From the IMG/VR virus record IMGVR_UViG_2579778956_000004, positions 1-23,861 of that record: a DNA stretch of 23,861 bases. One strand, 5' to 3'. How positions within the stretch are numbered: the first letter of the stretch is position 1; every line of letters begins with the position of its first letter. A program made the position numbers and the translations under genes. The notes below the pieces were generated by a model. It did not search any database. It was not told the DNA's origin and worked only from the letters and a program-made list of their open reading frames with translations. Source of the stretch: a virus. Lineage: Duplodnaviria; Heunggongvirae; Uroviricota; Caudoviricetes. Shown here piece after piece: positions 13,867 through 22,100 of this stretch.

Positions 13867-16341
13867 ATGAGACAGGAATGTATACAAGCGGTCCAGCAGG
13901 CGGCGCAGCGCACGTTAACGGAGCGAGAAATACAGAACATTGAAGACCGCATTTATCGAAATATGCGCTCCATTGCTCGTGATGACCCGATGTCGTGGAG
14001 ACAACTTTCCGAATCAGAGCGGCTATATCGAGCAGCACAATTGGCATCTGAAGAATTACAGCGAGAAGCGGCATTAAAGAAACGTCGTGTGGCCCTCACT
14101 ATAGCCGCACGTCAGAGATTGGATAAATTTATCAATAGCTATCAAGGGGCTGATGGGAAACTTGGCGCTCTTAACCGTACTATTGCTTTTAATGCAGACG
14201 GTAAATCGAATTTCCTCTCTGTTGAGTCCAGAACAAAAGCCACTCGTGATTATGCATTGAGTCAATTGCAGGAGGCATTTGAAGCAGTTGATCCTCGCTT
14301 TTTTGGCCTGTTTGAAGATGAAGCTGGCGTACGTGACCTGGTATATGAAATGCGAGGGCAAAATACTGGCAATGCTAAAGCAAGAAAAGGTGCTAAGGCG
14401 TGGAGAGAAGTGACAGATCTACTGCGCCGCCGGTTTAATGATGCTGGTGGGGACATTGGCTATCTCGAAAACTGGGGGATCCCTCAACATCATTCTATGG
14501 AAAAGGTTGGGGCGGTATCAAAGGATAAGTGGGTTAGCGATGTTATAGGTAAGCTGGATCGCAAATATTATATCCGAGCCGATGGACAACTGATGAACGA
14601 TGCCGAGTTGTCTGCATTTCTTGGAGAGGCTTATAACACGATCGCTACAGGTGGGCTGAATAAGCTTACTGATACCGGAATGCGAATTTCCGGCGCACGT
14701 GCTAACCGTGGTAATGCATCACGACAGATACATTTCAAAGATGCAGATTCCTATCTGCAATATCAGCAACTTTATGGCGATCGCTCTCTATGGGAAATCA
14801 TGGTCGGTCACCTTGAAGGTATCAGTAAAGATATTGCACTGGTGGAAACATATGGCCCAAACCCCGATCATGTTTTCCGCTCTCTTCTTGATCAGGTGAA
14901 GGCAGAAACGGCAACAGCTAACCCGAGTAAAACCGGTAAAGTCGAGCGGCTGGCGAACAACACAGAGAATCTGTACAACTTTATTTCCGGAAAGACACAG
15001 CCTGTAGCGAATCCGCACATCGCGCGATGGTCTGACAATATCCGCAACTGGTTGGTTGCCAGCAGACTCGGATCCGCGTTGCTGTCATCGTTCTCTGACC
15101 TTGGAACCATGTATCTGTCTGCGAAGGTTACCAACCTTCCAATGAACCAGTTATTCCGCAACCAGCTTGAAGCTATGGACCCAACGAACCGTACAGAACT
15201 TGCGCGGGCGCGCCGCGCTGGTCTGGCGATGGAATCTCTACTTGGCAGCGTTAACCGCTGGGCGATGGATAATATGGGGCCGTCTGTGTCTCGTTGGGCT
15301 GCAACGGCGGTAATGCGTGCCAGTGGGCTTACAGCATGGTCAGATGCGCACAAGCGCGCCTATGGCGTAACCATGATGGGAAGCCTGGGAGAAGTAGTGT
15401 CACGGACACCAGACCTTCGTAGCCTCGATGATTCTGATTTTCGTATCCTGAAAAGCAAAGGGATTACTGACACAGACTGGAGCGTATGGAAGCTGGCGCA
15501 ACAGGAGGACTGGGGGAACGGCAATAATACGATGCTGACACCGGAAAGCATTATGCGTATCCCTGATTCAGCAGTTAAACATCTTGGTGAGCCTGAACGC
15601 GTGAAATTTGAGGCAACGCGCAAACTGCTCGGTGCCGTAACTGAAGAAGTTGATATGGCTGTTATTACACCGGGAGCACGTGAGCAACTGATAACCGGTT
15701 CTGGTATTCAGCGTGGAACATGGAAAGGTGAATTAACGAGAAGTGTTTTCCTGTTTAAATCGTTCCCTATCTCGGTGGTTATGCGTCACTGGTCACGCGC
15801 TATGGGTATGCCGTCTGCTGGTGGGCGTGCGGCATATATTGCGACGTTTATTGCCAGTACGACCATTCTTGGCGCTTTGTCGCAGCAACTTAACGACCTT
15901 GCGTCTGGTCGTAATCCTCGCGAGATGACAGGAGAAGATGCTGCTAAATTTTGGCTTGGTGCTCTACTGAAAGGTGGTGGTCTTGGCCTTTACGGTGACT
16001 TTTTATTGTCAGATCACACTAGGTACGGAAGCGGCGCGCTGGCGTCGATGCTTGGCCCGGTAGCTGGTCTGGTTGATGACGTAGTGAAGATTGCTCAGGG
16101 CATACCGTTAAATGCTGTGGAAGGGAAGAGTGAGCAGACTGGTGGTGATCTGGTTAAGCTTGGGAAGGGGCTGATGCCAGGTGCAAATCTCTGGTACTTG
16201 AAGGCGGCTCTCGATCACATGATTTTTAACCAGATGCAGGAGTATTTTTCACCAGGCTATTTGCGTAAAATGGAGCAACGTTCGAAGAAAGAGTTTAACC
16301 AGACATACTGGTGGCGACCTCAGGATGTCACTCCGCAATAA
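13867..16341 (+). CDS. Large internal virion / ejection protein
   Basis: 824 aa; SD GAGAGG precedes the ATG at 13867. Last gene of the tightly coupled structural series. No specific motif recognised. Confidence 0.55.
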   Translation: MRQECIQAVQQAAQRTLTEREIQNIEDRIYRNMRSIARDDPMSWRQLSESERLYRAAQLASEELQREAALKKRRVALTIAARQRLDKFINSYQGADGKLGALNRTIAFNADGKSNFLSVESRTKATRDYALSQLQEAFEAVDPRFFGLFEDEAGVRDLVYEMRGQNTGNAKARKGAKAWREVTDLLRRRFNDAGGDIGYLENWGIPQHHSMEKVGAVSKDKWVSDVIGKLDRKYYIRADGQLMNDAELSAFLGEAYNTIATGGLNKLTDTGMRISGARANRGNASRQIHFKDADSYLQYQQLYGDRSLWEIMVGHLEGISKDIALVETYGPNPDHVFRSLLDQVKAETATANPSKTGKVERLANNTENLYNFISGKTQPVANPHIARWSDNIRNWLVASRLGSALLSSFSDLGTMYLSAKVTNLPMNQLFRNQLEAMDPTNRTELARARRAGLAMESLLGSVNRWAMDNMGPSVSRWAATAVMRASGLTAWSDAHKRAYGVTMMGSLGEVVSRTPDLRSLDDSDFRILKSKGITDTDWSVWKLAQQEDWGNGNNTMLTPESIMRIPDSAVKHLGEPERVKFEATRKLLGAVTEEVDMAVITPGAREQLITGSGIQRGTWKGELTRSVFLFKSFPISVVMRHWSRAMGMPSAGGRAAYIATFIASTTILGALSQQLNDLASGRNPREMTGEDAAKFWLGALLKGGGLGLYGDFLLSDHTRYGSGALASMLGPVAGLVDDVVKIAQGIPLNAVEGKSEQTGGDLVKLGKGLMPGANLWYLKAALDHMIFNQMQEYFSPGYLRKMEQRSKKEFNQTYWWRPQDVTPQ

Positions 16342-16350
16342 GGAAGTGTT

Positions 16351-16524
16351 GTGTTTTTAATTATTTTGAGTGTGATAATTTCTGTTGGGTTGTTATTTAT
16401 TGACCGCTACAAATATTTTCTTAACCCTCAGACTCAAGCTATTTGCTGGTTCATCTTTGTTGTGCAGGGAGTAGTTCTTGTTGCAAGCCTTATTGAGGGG
16501 AGGCCTCTTATTTTTACTGGGTAA
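16351..16524 (+). CDS. Small hydrophobic protein (57 aa), putative membrane protein
   Basis: Not in the ORF track. GTG 16351 with AGGAAG 4 nt upstream. Product VFLIILSVIISVGLLFIDRYKYFLNPQTQAICWFIFVVQGVVLVASLIEGRPLIFTG has two predicted hydrophobic helices. Confidence 0.3.
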   Translation: MFLIILSVIISVGLLFIDRYKYFLNPQTQAICWFIFVVQGVVLVASLIEGRPLIFTG

Positions 16525-16536
16525 ATAGGTGACTAC

Positions 16537-16833
16537 ATGCAAGCTATAGGATTCATTGTTTATATCGTCGTTGGTCTTTTTCAGTTGGCAGCAATTATGG
16601 CTGGGCTTGAATCATGGTGGGGATTGCACTGGATAATTGCAGCCCCCATTGCTTTCATCGTGAGCTATATTCCATTTGTTGGAGCGATTGTTGGTATGGT
16701 TGGCGCTGTGGATGTATGGCGGTGGGAGTGGTGGCAGGCTGGCCTTCTCTTCTTTGGTGGGATCATCTTTGCTATTGTCTGCGGTGGAATGTCATCATTT
16801 TTCGAATGGCTATCATTCAGAAAAGGGACGTGA
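16537..16833 (+). CDS. Small integral membrane protein (98 aa)
   Basis: Three hydrophobic segments (IGFIVYIVVGLFQLAAIMAGL; WIIAAPIAFIVSYIPFVGAIVGMVGAV; GLLFFGGIIFAIVCGG) with Trp-rich loops. Followed by a terminator. Confidence 0.5.
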   Translation: MQAIGFIVYIVVGLFQLAAIMAGLESWWGLHWIIAAPIAFIVSYIPFVGAIVGMVGAVDVWRWEWWQAGLLFFGGIIFAIVCGGMSSFFEWLSFRKGT

Positions 16834-16842
16834 CATGTCACA

Positions 16843-16866
16843 GGCCGCTTTCGCGGCCTTTTCTTT
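16843..16866 (+). terminator. Rho-independent terminator after the small membrane genes
   Basis: GGCCGC-TTTC-GCGGCC stem-loop followed by TTTTCTTT. It overlaps the stop codon of the convergent minus-strand gene. Confidence 0.5.
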
Positions 16867-17122
16867 ATGTGGTTTGTTTTCGTAATTGTTCGGCACAATA
16901 GTCTAGATGTGTTTGCAGATCCTGCATAGACATCTGTGAGCTGGTGACGTAGTTAATCAGTGCAGTCAGTTCGGCAAGTGGGCCATCGACATTAAATCCA
17001 TCTTTATCGAGATCCCGGAGTAATTTCATCAAGTGCGATCCATCCACCAGTGACCTGACGCCTCCCGGCGTGTGAATCCTTTCGGTAAATCCGTCTTCCA
17101 GTGGATAGTGATACTGCTGCAT
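16865..17122 (-). CDS. Small SOS-regulated protein (85 aa), candidate antirepressor
   Basis: Start assigned to ATG at 17122 (MQQYHYPLEDGFTERIHTPGGVRSLVDGSHLMKLLRDLDKDGF...) with GGAG 8 nt upstream. The longer 126-aa ORF in the track would read through the LexA box and operator. A near-consensus LexA box sits about 20 nt upstream of this ATG. Confidence 0.55.
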   Translation of the reverse strand: MQQYHYPLEDGFTERIHTPGGVRSLVDGSHLMKLLRDLDKDGFNVDGPLAELTALINYVTSSQMSMQDLQTHLDYCAEQLRKQTT

Positions 17123-17141
17123 CTTATCTTCTCCATGCAAT

Positions 17142-17161
17142 AACTGTATATTTATACAGTA
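17142..17161. promoter_or_regulatory. LexA (SOS) box
   Basis: AACTGTATATTTATACAGTA matches the E. coli LexA consensus TACTGTATATATATACAGTA at 18 of 20 positions, with the CTGT-N8-ACAG core perfect. On the minus strand a TATAAA -10-like hexamer lies inside the box. Confidence 0.75.
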
Positions 17162-17198
17162 GCAAATAATTTGTTTGCTATCCAGCACGTTTTGCAAA

Positions 17199-17213
17199 TT
17201 ACCTGAAAGGTAA
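17199..17213. promoter_or_regulatory. Operator-like palindrome TTACC-N5-GGTAA between the SOS gene and the tailspike gene
   Basis: TTACCTGAAAGGTAA, a perfect inverted repeat of the same type as at the immunity region, followed by the shared 11-mer ATCTATTCGTA (17215-17225). Confidence 0.45.
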
Positions 17214-17317
17214 TATCTATTCGTATTTACAGTCTTTCTATCCATATGTGGTTTTGCAGGTAATAGAATAACCAGATATGCGGCGCAACGGGTGCTGCGA
17301 CTATCTGGAGATTTAAC

Positions 17318-19480
17318 ATGACGGTCTCAACCGAAGTTGACCACAACGAATACACAGGTAACGGCGTTACGACATCGTTTCCGTATACTTTTCGAATTTT
17401 CAGAAAATCAGACCTGGTTGTTCAGGTGTCTGACCTGAACGGGAACATCACAGAGCTGATTCTTGATACTGATTATACAGTTACGGGTGCTGGTGGGTAT
17501 TCTGGTGGCAATGTAATACTGATGTCGGCACTTGCAAACGGATACCAAATTTCCATTTCGCGTGAGTTGCCGGTGACGCAGGAAACCGATCTCCGTAATC
17601 AGGGTAAGTTCTTCGCAGAAGTGCATGAGGATGCTTTTGATAAACTGACTATGCTGATTCAGCAGGTACGCAGCTGGTTAAGTCTGGCCCTCAGAAAGCC
17701 TTCGTTCGTGGCTAACTATTATGATGCTCTTAATAACTACATCAGAAACCTGCGAGATCCTTCACGCCCGCAGGATGCGGCAACTAAAAATTATGTTGAT
17801 AGCGTTGCAGATACAAACCTCAACAAAACACTAAGAACACCGGAAGCTATTCAATCTCTTCCTGATGCGATTTCCAGGGCAAACAAAATTGTTGCTTTTG
17901 ATAGCGCTGGTCAGCCATTTGCAACACTACCCCCATCAGGTAGCGCCACCGATGTGTTAATTGAGCTGGCAAAGCCTACTGGAGCGGGATTATCAGGGTT
18001 CGATAAGTCAGTTGATTACGCCGGTGGTACGGTTGGTAGTGAGCTAAAAAATGTTATATTCGTCAATCCTGATATGTATTCAACATTGCAGGAGGCGATT
18101 GATTATGCAGCATCTTTAACAGGGCTGGAACATTCTCCAAGTAGTGCAGCTGGGCATCCAGACTGGATACAACCAAATACTGTATGCAAAGTTGTCAGAT
18201 TAAATGGAAAGAAATACCCCATAAACACAACATTACATGTTTACGGTGATGTAAGCATAGATGCAGAATTTGGAGGGGTATATCTCACGGATGACTTCAT
18301 AGCAGATTCTTCTGGGTATGCTGTTAAATGCGATAAAGGAACAGGTAATCAATACGCTGGGCACATTAGCAATCTTTTAATTGACGCCCGCGCAAAGACT
18401 GTTAATGGATTTAAAATATCTGATGGTTATGCCAACAAGTTAGATGGCATTTACGTAGCCAACGTTGATGGTCATGGCATTCATATTGCTGGAGGCATGG
18501 GTGTGCACCTCATGAAATTCTATGCTATCAGCGTATTAAAACCTACGAATCCACTTAGTCAGGCACACATCATAGAAGGAAGCGATCACCATATTAGTAT
18601 GGGTGAAGGCAGATATTTCAGATTCGGAACGTGGGTTAGGAATGGTGGAAATAACAGGCTTAATAACGTACATAACTGGGGAATGTATGACGATACAGTG
18701 GCCGACCAAAACTCAAGAATGAAATGTTGCTTTGTTGTACAAAATTCTATAAACAACTCATTTAATCAATGTTTTGCAGATTCACCATCAAAATGGGATT
18801 ACACAAAAACAAATTTAGCTCCTGTTGATGGTTATATTAATGGTGGGATTGGTTTCTTCGTTGATAGTGGCGCTACCGGGAATATATTCTCTCAGTGTCA
18901 AACGTTCGTTAACATGAATGCTTATAATTCTGCCGGTCTCTCAAGTTATACTGCGGCGTTATATCCATTTCTTGTAGGTAGTGCGAATTGTGGATTTTCT
19001 TTATGTGAAAACTCAAACAGCCCAGCATGGGTTGGTAAATGTATAAATCATGTTTCTGGGGTGGCTCAAGAGTTCACAAATGCTGTGGGGACAAAAAATT
19101 TCGTTGGCATAGAAGACGACATGCATGCTAACAGGACTTTTTTCAGAAAAGGAGTTGGTGTTCCAATTATCTCGTATGTTATTAAAACAGAAACAGCAGG
19201 AAGCACTTATGTTGCTGATTTTTCATTGTCTTCTTATATTTCAATAACATGCAACTCTAACATTAGTATATCCGTTGCGACACTCAGTAACCCGCCAATA
19301 GGATATACTGAATGTACACTTTCAGTGTTTTCCGCATCATCAAAACTGATCACCTTTACAGGATCTGTTACGCTTGCGAAAAATACACCATCACTAAATG
19401 AATCCGGAACTCAGGTGTTCCGGATGTCAACTGCTGATGGCGGGGCTACTTGGTATGCGAGACTTGTAGCGAACTATTAA
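17318..19480 (+). CDS. Tailspike / tail fiber with T7-gp17-like N-terminal anchor domain and a distinct C-terminal receptor-binding region
   Basis: 720 aa; SD GGAG. N-terminus EYTGNGVTTSFPYTFRIFRKSDLVVQVSDLNGNITELILDTDYTV follows the conserved pattern of the T7 gp17 N-terminal domain shared by podovirus tailspikes. The C-terminal two-thirds are visibly more AT-rich and Asn/Gly/Ser-rich, consistent with a beta-helical receptor-binding domain. Confidence 0.8.
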   Translation: MTVSTEVDHNEYTGNGVTTSFPYTFRIFRKSDLVVQVSDLNGNITELILDTDYTVTGAGGYSGGNVILMSALANGYQISISRELPVTQETDLRNQGKFFAEVHEDAFDKLTMLIQQVRSWLSLALRKPSFVANYYDALNNYIRNLRDPSRPQDAATKNYVDSVADTNLNKTLRTPEAIQSLPDAISRANKIVAFDSAGQPFATLPPSGSATDVLIELAKPTGAGLSGFDKSVDYAGGTVGSELKNVIFVNPDMYSTLQEAIDYAASLTGLEHSPSSAAGHPDWIQPNTVCKVVRLNGKKYPINTTLHVYGDVSIDAEFGGVYLTDDFIADSSGYAVKCDKGTGNQYAGHISNLLIDARAKTVNGFKISDGYANKLDGIYVANVDGHGIHIAGGMGVHLMKFYAISVLKPTNPLSQAHIIEGSDHHISMGEGRYFRFGTWVRNGGNNRLNNVHNWGMYDDTVADQNSRMKCCFVVQNSINNSFNQCFADSPSKWDYTKTNLAPVDGYINGGIGFFVDSGATGNIFSQCQTFVNMNAYNSAGLSSYTAALYPFLVGSANCGFSLCENSNSPAWVGKCINHVSGVAQEFTNAVGTKNFVGIEDDMHANRTFFRKGVGVPIISYVIKTETAGSTYVADFSLSSYISITCNSNISISVATLSNPPIGYTECTLSVFSASSKLITFTGSVTLAKNTPSLNESGTQVFRMSTADGGATWYARLVANY

Positions 19481-20594
19481 CTTTTGAGTTGAATCTCAAC
19501 TCAATGTTTTTATAGGTTATTAGTGATATTATCACAGTAATCATAAATGTAATTATTGACATAATGAAGTAGGAAAGGATTCCTATTTCATATAGGTTAA
19601 ACCCAATTATTTTAAATACGTATAAAGATAGATATATAATAGCTTGGTGGCTAAGGTATATGCTATAGCTAATCATACCAATCAATACTATGTTGCTGGA
19701 TTGAAGAAACTTAGGCTTAATGTAGCAAATGCTGGAGAATAATATTGTTACTAAAATAAATCTATAAATCCCGTATCCGTCATCTTTTTGATAAATGCAG
19801 GTGAGCAATGTTAATATTGCTGTAATTGATATAATCAACTTCCAAGATTTTTTATCATGGTTTAGTGAATTATCGTAAACAACTTTACCAACCGCACCAC
19901 TAATGAAAAATAAAAACATATCTGTATTTAAATTAGACTTTTCTATAGTATAAATACCAATAATAAACAGTGTTATGGAAATATATTTTTCATTTTTATA
20001 AAAAAGAGATATAGCTACAATTGATATATAGAAAATCCATTCATACGGCAGAGTCCATGATACCACGCCAATACTGTGTATCCATGAGTCTTTGAAGAAA
20101 ATTCCACCGCCAAGAAACCCAAACGCTAATAGCTGAATAAGTGCTTTTCTGTAATCATCAAGACTAGCTCCATCAGACATAAATATTATAAACACTGCCA
20201 TGTTTATCAATGCAAAAAATAAAAACGCAGGTGCTAGTCGTTTTATTCTCTTCATCATAAAATCATCCGCGCTTTTTACATTTTTTATTCTTGATAAAAA
20301 AAGGAACCCGGTAATTGCGAAAAATATCTCCACCCCTAATGAGCCAAAATTATCATATATCGGCATTATTTTATATGGAATGTTTTGGTTTGTTATCCCT
20401 ATCGTAGGTAAGTAGTAAGCAAAATGATTGAAAAAAACCATAATACATGCCACACCCCTAAGACCTTCAAGCCACAAAATATTGTTTTGTGAATTGTTTA
20501 CTATCCCTGATTTCACAGGAATAAGAAATACAAAAAAAATAAAAATTAAGAATGCAATAAGCTGATATACGCTAAAATCATAGAAAAAACTCAT
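19446..20594 (-). CDS. Acyltransferase-3 family membrane protein, O-antigen acetyltransferase-like (lysogenic conversion candidate)
   Basis: 382-aa polytopic membrane protein with LWLEGLRGVACIMVFFNHFAY near the N-terminus, typical of Oac/OafA-type acyltransferases. Strongly AT-rich relative to flanks. SD AGGA precedes the ATG at 20594. The 3' end overlaps the tailspike 3' end by 35 nt. Confidence 0.8.
   Translation of the reverse strand: MSFFYDFSVYQLIAFLIFIFFVFLIPVKSGIVNNSQNNILWLEGLRGVACIMVFFNHFAYYLPTIGITNQNIPYKIMPIYDNFGSLGVEIFFAITGFLFLSRIKNVKSADDFMMKRIKRLAPAFLFFALINMAVFIIFMSDGASLDDYRKALIQLLAFGFLGGGIFFKDSWIHSIGVVSWTLPYEWIFYISIVAISLFYKNEKYISITLFIIGIYTIEKSNLNTDMFLFFISGAVGKVVYDNSLNHDKKSWKLIISITAILTLLTCIYQKDDGYGIYRFILVTILFSSICYIKPKFLQSSNIVLIGMISYSIYLSHQAIIYLSLYVFKIIGFNLYEIGILSYFIMSIITFMITVIISLITYKNIELRFNSKVNSSLQVSHTK
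19484..19511 (+). terminator. Putative rho-independent terminator after the tailspike gene
   Basis: TTGAGTTGA-ATC-TCAACTCAA hairpin (9-bp stem) followed by TGTTTTT, starting 4 nt after the tailspike stop. It lies inside the 3' end of the convergent acyltransferase ORF. Confidence 0.45.
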
Positions 20595-20772
20595 TACTCA
20601 ATCCTGTTTTATACGTAATTTATTTCATTTTAAATGCTAAACCATCCACAGTCACTCAGTTCTATGCCGCGTTTGTGTTTTTTGTGGCTAGACATCAGGT
20701 AATTTACTCCATATATGGTTTATTGTGTATGATGAACTCACCAACTAAGGGGGTTTTTATGCACAGTAAACG

Positions 20773-21186
20773 GTGGTCACTATGTCAGCCCAGCTAACCA
20801 GTGAGTCTTTAAATCAGTGGCTTAGTATGGGTTCTCTGGCTGCGGTAATCGCAGGTGTCCCTCCCGAGGTGGCTCTTGGTGCTTTATCCGGGGCGGTAAT
20901 ATTTATTACCTCTGCCGTTGAGTATCCAATACGCCGCCGGGTTCTCCTGTCGATGCTCAGCTTTCTCTGTGGGCTTCTCTTCTACAAACCAACTGCATCA
21001 ATTCTTATCGGCGTAGCCAGCCTGATCCCAACTATCACGCAGGATTCATTCGAGAAAGGGATCGTCTTCTCTGCTGGCGCGTTCGTGTCGGCAATCGTCG
21101 CAGTACGTATTGGTATCTGGCTCTATCACCGTTCGGACAATCCACGCGATTTAATCCCGGGGAGAAAAGACGATGACAACTCATGA
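20773..21186 (+). CDS. Putative holin
   Basis: 137-aa product with hydrophobic segments (LAAVIAGVPPEVALGALSGAVIFITSAV; ILIGVASLIPTI; IVFSAGAFVSAIVAVRIGIWLY) and a charged C-terminus, placed first in the lysis cassette. GTG 20773 and ATG 20782 are alternative starts. Confidence 0.5.
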   Translation: MVTMSAQLTSESLNQWLSMGSLAAVIAGVPPEVALGALSGAVIFITSAVEYPIRRRVLLSMLSFLCGLLFYKPTASILIGVASLIPTITQDSFEKGIVFSAGAFVSAIVAVRIGIWLYHRSDNPRDLIPGRKDDDNS

Positions 21187-21481
21187 GCTGCTTTTATTGA
21201 TAGCCAATGCGGTTATCTGTTCTGCGATAGCAATCCGCGTCGGAACCTTCCGGAGAAATGGATCGCAACACCGAAGGTTGGGAGGCTGGCTTGCTTATTT
21301 CCTGATTGTTGCTGCAGCTAGTATTCCTGTTCGTGTCGTCTATGCAATCTGGTTACGTACGCCAATGGCTGTGGATTTATCTGAGGTCATTATCAATGCT
21401 GTCATGCTTGCCGCGGTTATTAAAACACGCGGTAACGTTGTTCAGATTTTCAAAATATCGAGGTCTAAACATGGAGATTAA
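21173..21481 (+). CDS. Second small membrane protein of the lysis cassette (holin/antiholin-like)
   Basis: 102 aa with three hydrophobic segments and a basic C-terminus. Overlaps the previous gene by 14 nt and the endolysin start by 11 nt. Confidence 0.5.
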   Translation: MTTHELLLLIANAVICSAIAIRVGTFRRNGSQHRRLGGWLAYFLIVAAASIPVRVVYAIWLRTPMAVDLSEVIINAVMLAAVIKTRGNVVQIFKISRSKHGD

Positions 21482-22100
21482 ACAATTCCAGCGAGCTGCT
21501 GGTATTAGCGAGGCGCTGGCCGCACGCTGGTTCTCGCATATAACTTCTGCGATGAAAGAGTTTGGTATCAGCAAACCAGAAGATCTGGCAATGTTTATTG
21601 CTCAGGTCGGGCATGAGTCTGGAGGCTTCACCCGGTTGCAGGAAAATTTCAACTACAGCGTCAGCGGACTGGCTAATTTCGTTCGGGCTGGGCGTCTCAC
21701 TCAGGGACAGGCCAACGCATTGGGGCGTCGTGCTGGTGAACCACCATTGCCACTTGAGCGCCAGAGAGCGATCGCCAATCTGGTGTACAGCAAACGCATG
21801 GGTAACAATGCCCCAGGCGATGGATGGAATTACCGTGGGCGCGGACTTATCCAGATTACCGGTTTGAATAACTATCGTGACTGCGGAAACGGCCTGAAAG
21901 TGGACCTGCTGGAGAGTCCTGAACTGCTGGCGCAGGACGAATACGCGGCTCGTAGCGCGGCGTGGTTTTTTGCCAGCAAAGGCTGCATGAAGTATACCGG
22001 CGATATTGCACGTGTAACTCTGATTATCAATGGTGGCCGGAACGGCATTGATGACCGGCGCGCGCGATACATCACTGCCAGTAAGGTGCTGGCGGTATGA
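21471..22100 (+). CDS. Endolysin, glycoside hydrolase family 19 (chitinase-like)
   Basis: Start taken at ATG 21471 ([11 protein letters not shown]...); the upstream extension in the ORF track overlaps the holin-like gene. Contains [10 protein letters not shown] and [16 protein letters not shown], characteristic of GH19-type phage endolysins. Confidence 0.85.
   Translation: MEIKQFQRAAGISEALAARWFSHITSAMKEFGISKPEDLAMFIAQVGHESGGFTRLQENFNYSVSGLANFVRAGRLTQGQANALGRRAGEPPLPLERQRAIANLVYSKRMGNNAPGDGWNYRGRGLIQITGLNNYRDCGNGLKVDLLESPELLAQDEYAARSAAWFFASKGCMKYTGDIARVTLIINGGRNGIDDRRARYITASKVLAV

Noticed and set aside
16830-16841. Perfect 12-bp palindrome GTGACATGTCAC at the stop codon of the 98-aa membrane gene
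   Set aside because: It is isolated, overlaps a coding end and sits next to a real terminator. It could be a binding site, but a single short palindrome is within chance expectation.
16865-17245. Longer 126-aa version of the SOS-regulated ORF
   Set aside because: The extension would be translated across the LexA box and the operator palindrome and has no SD, whereas the ATG at 17122 has GGAG at proper spacing downstream of the box.
21306-22100. 264-aa version of the endolysin ORF starting at 21306
   Set aside because: The N-terminal 55 codons overlap the preceding membrane-protein gene and add no lysozyme-like sequence. The GH19-like domain begins at the ATG at 21471.
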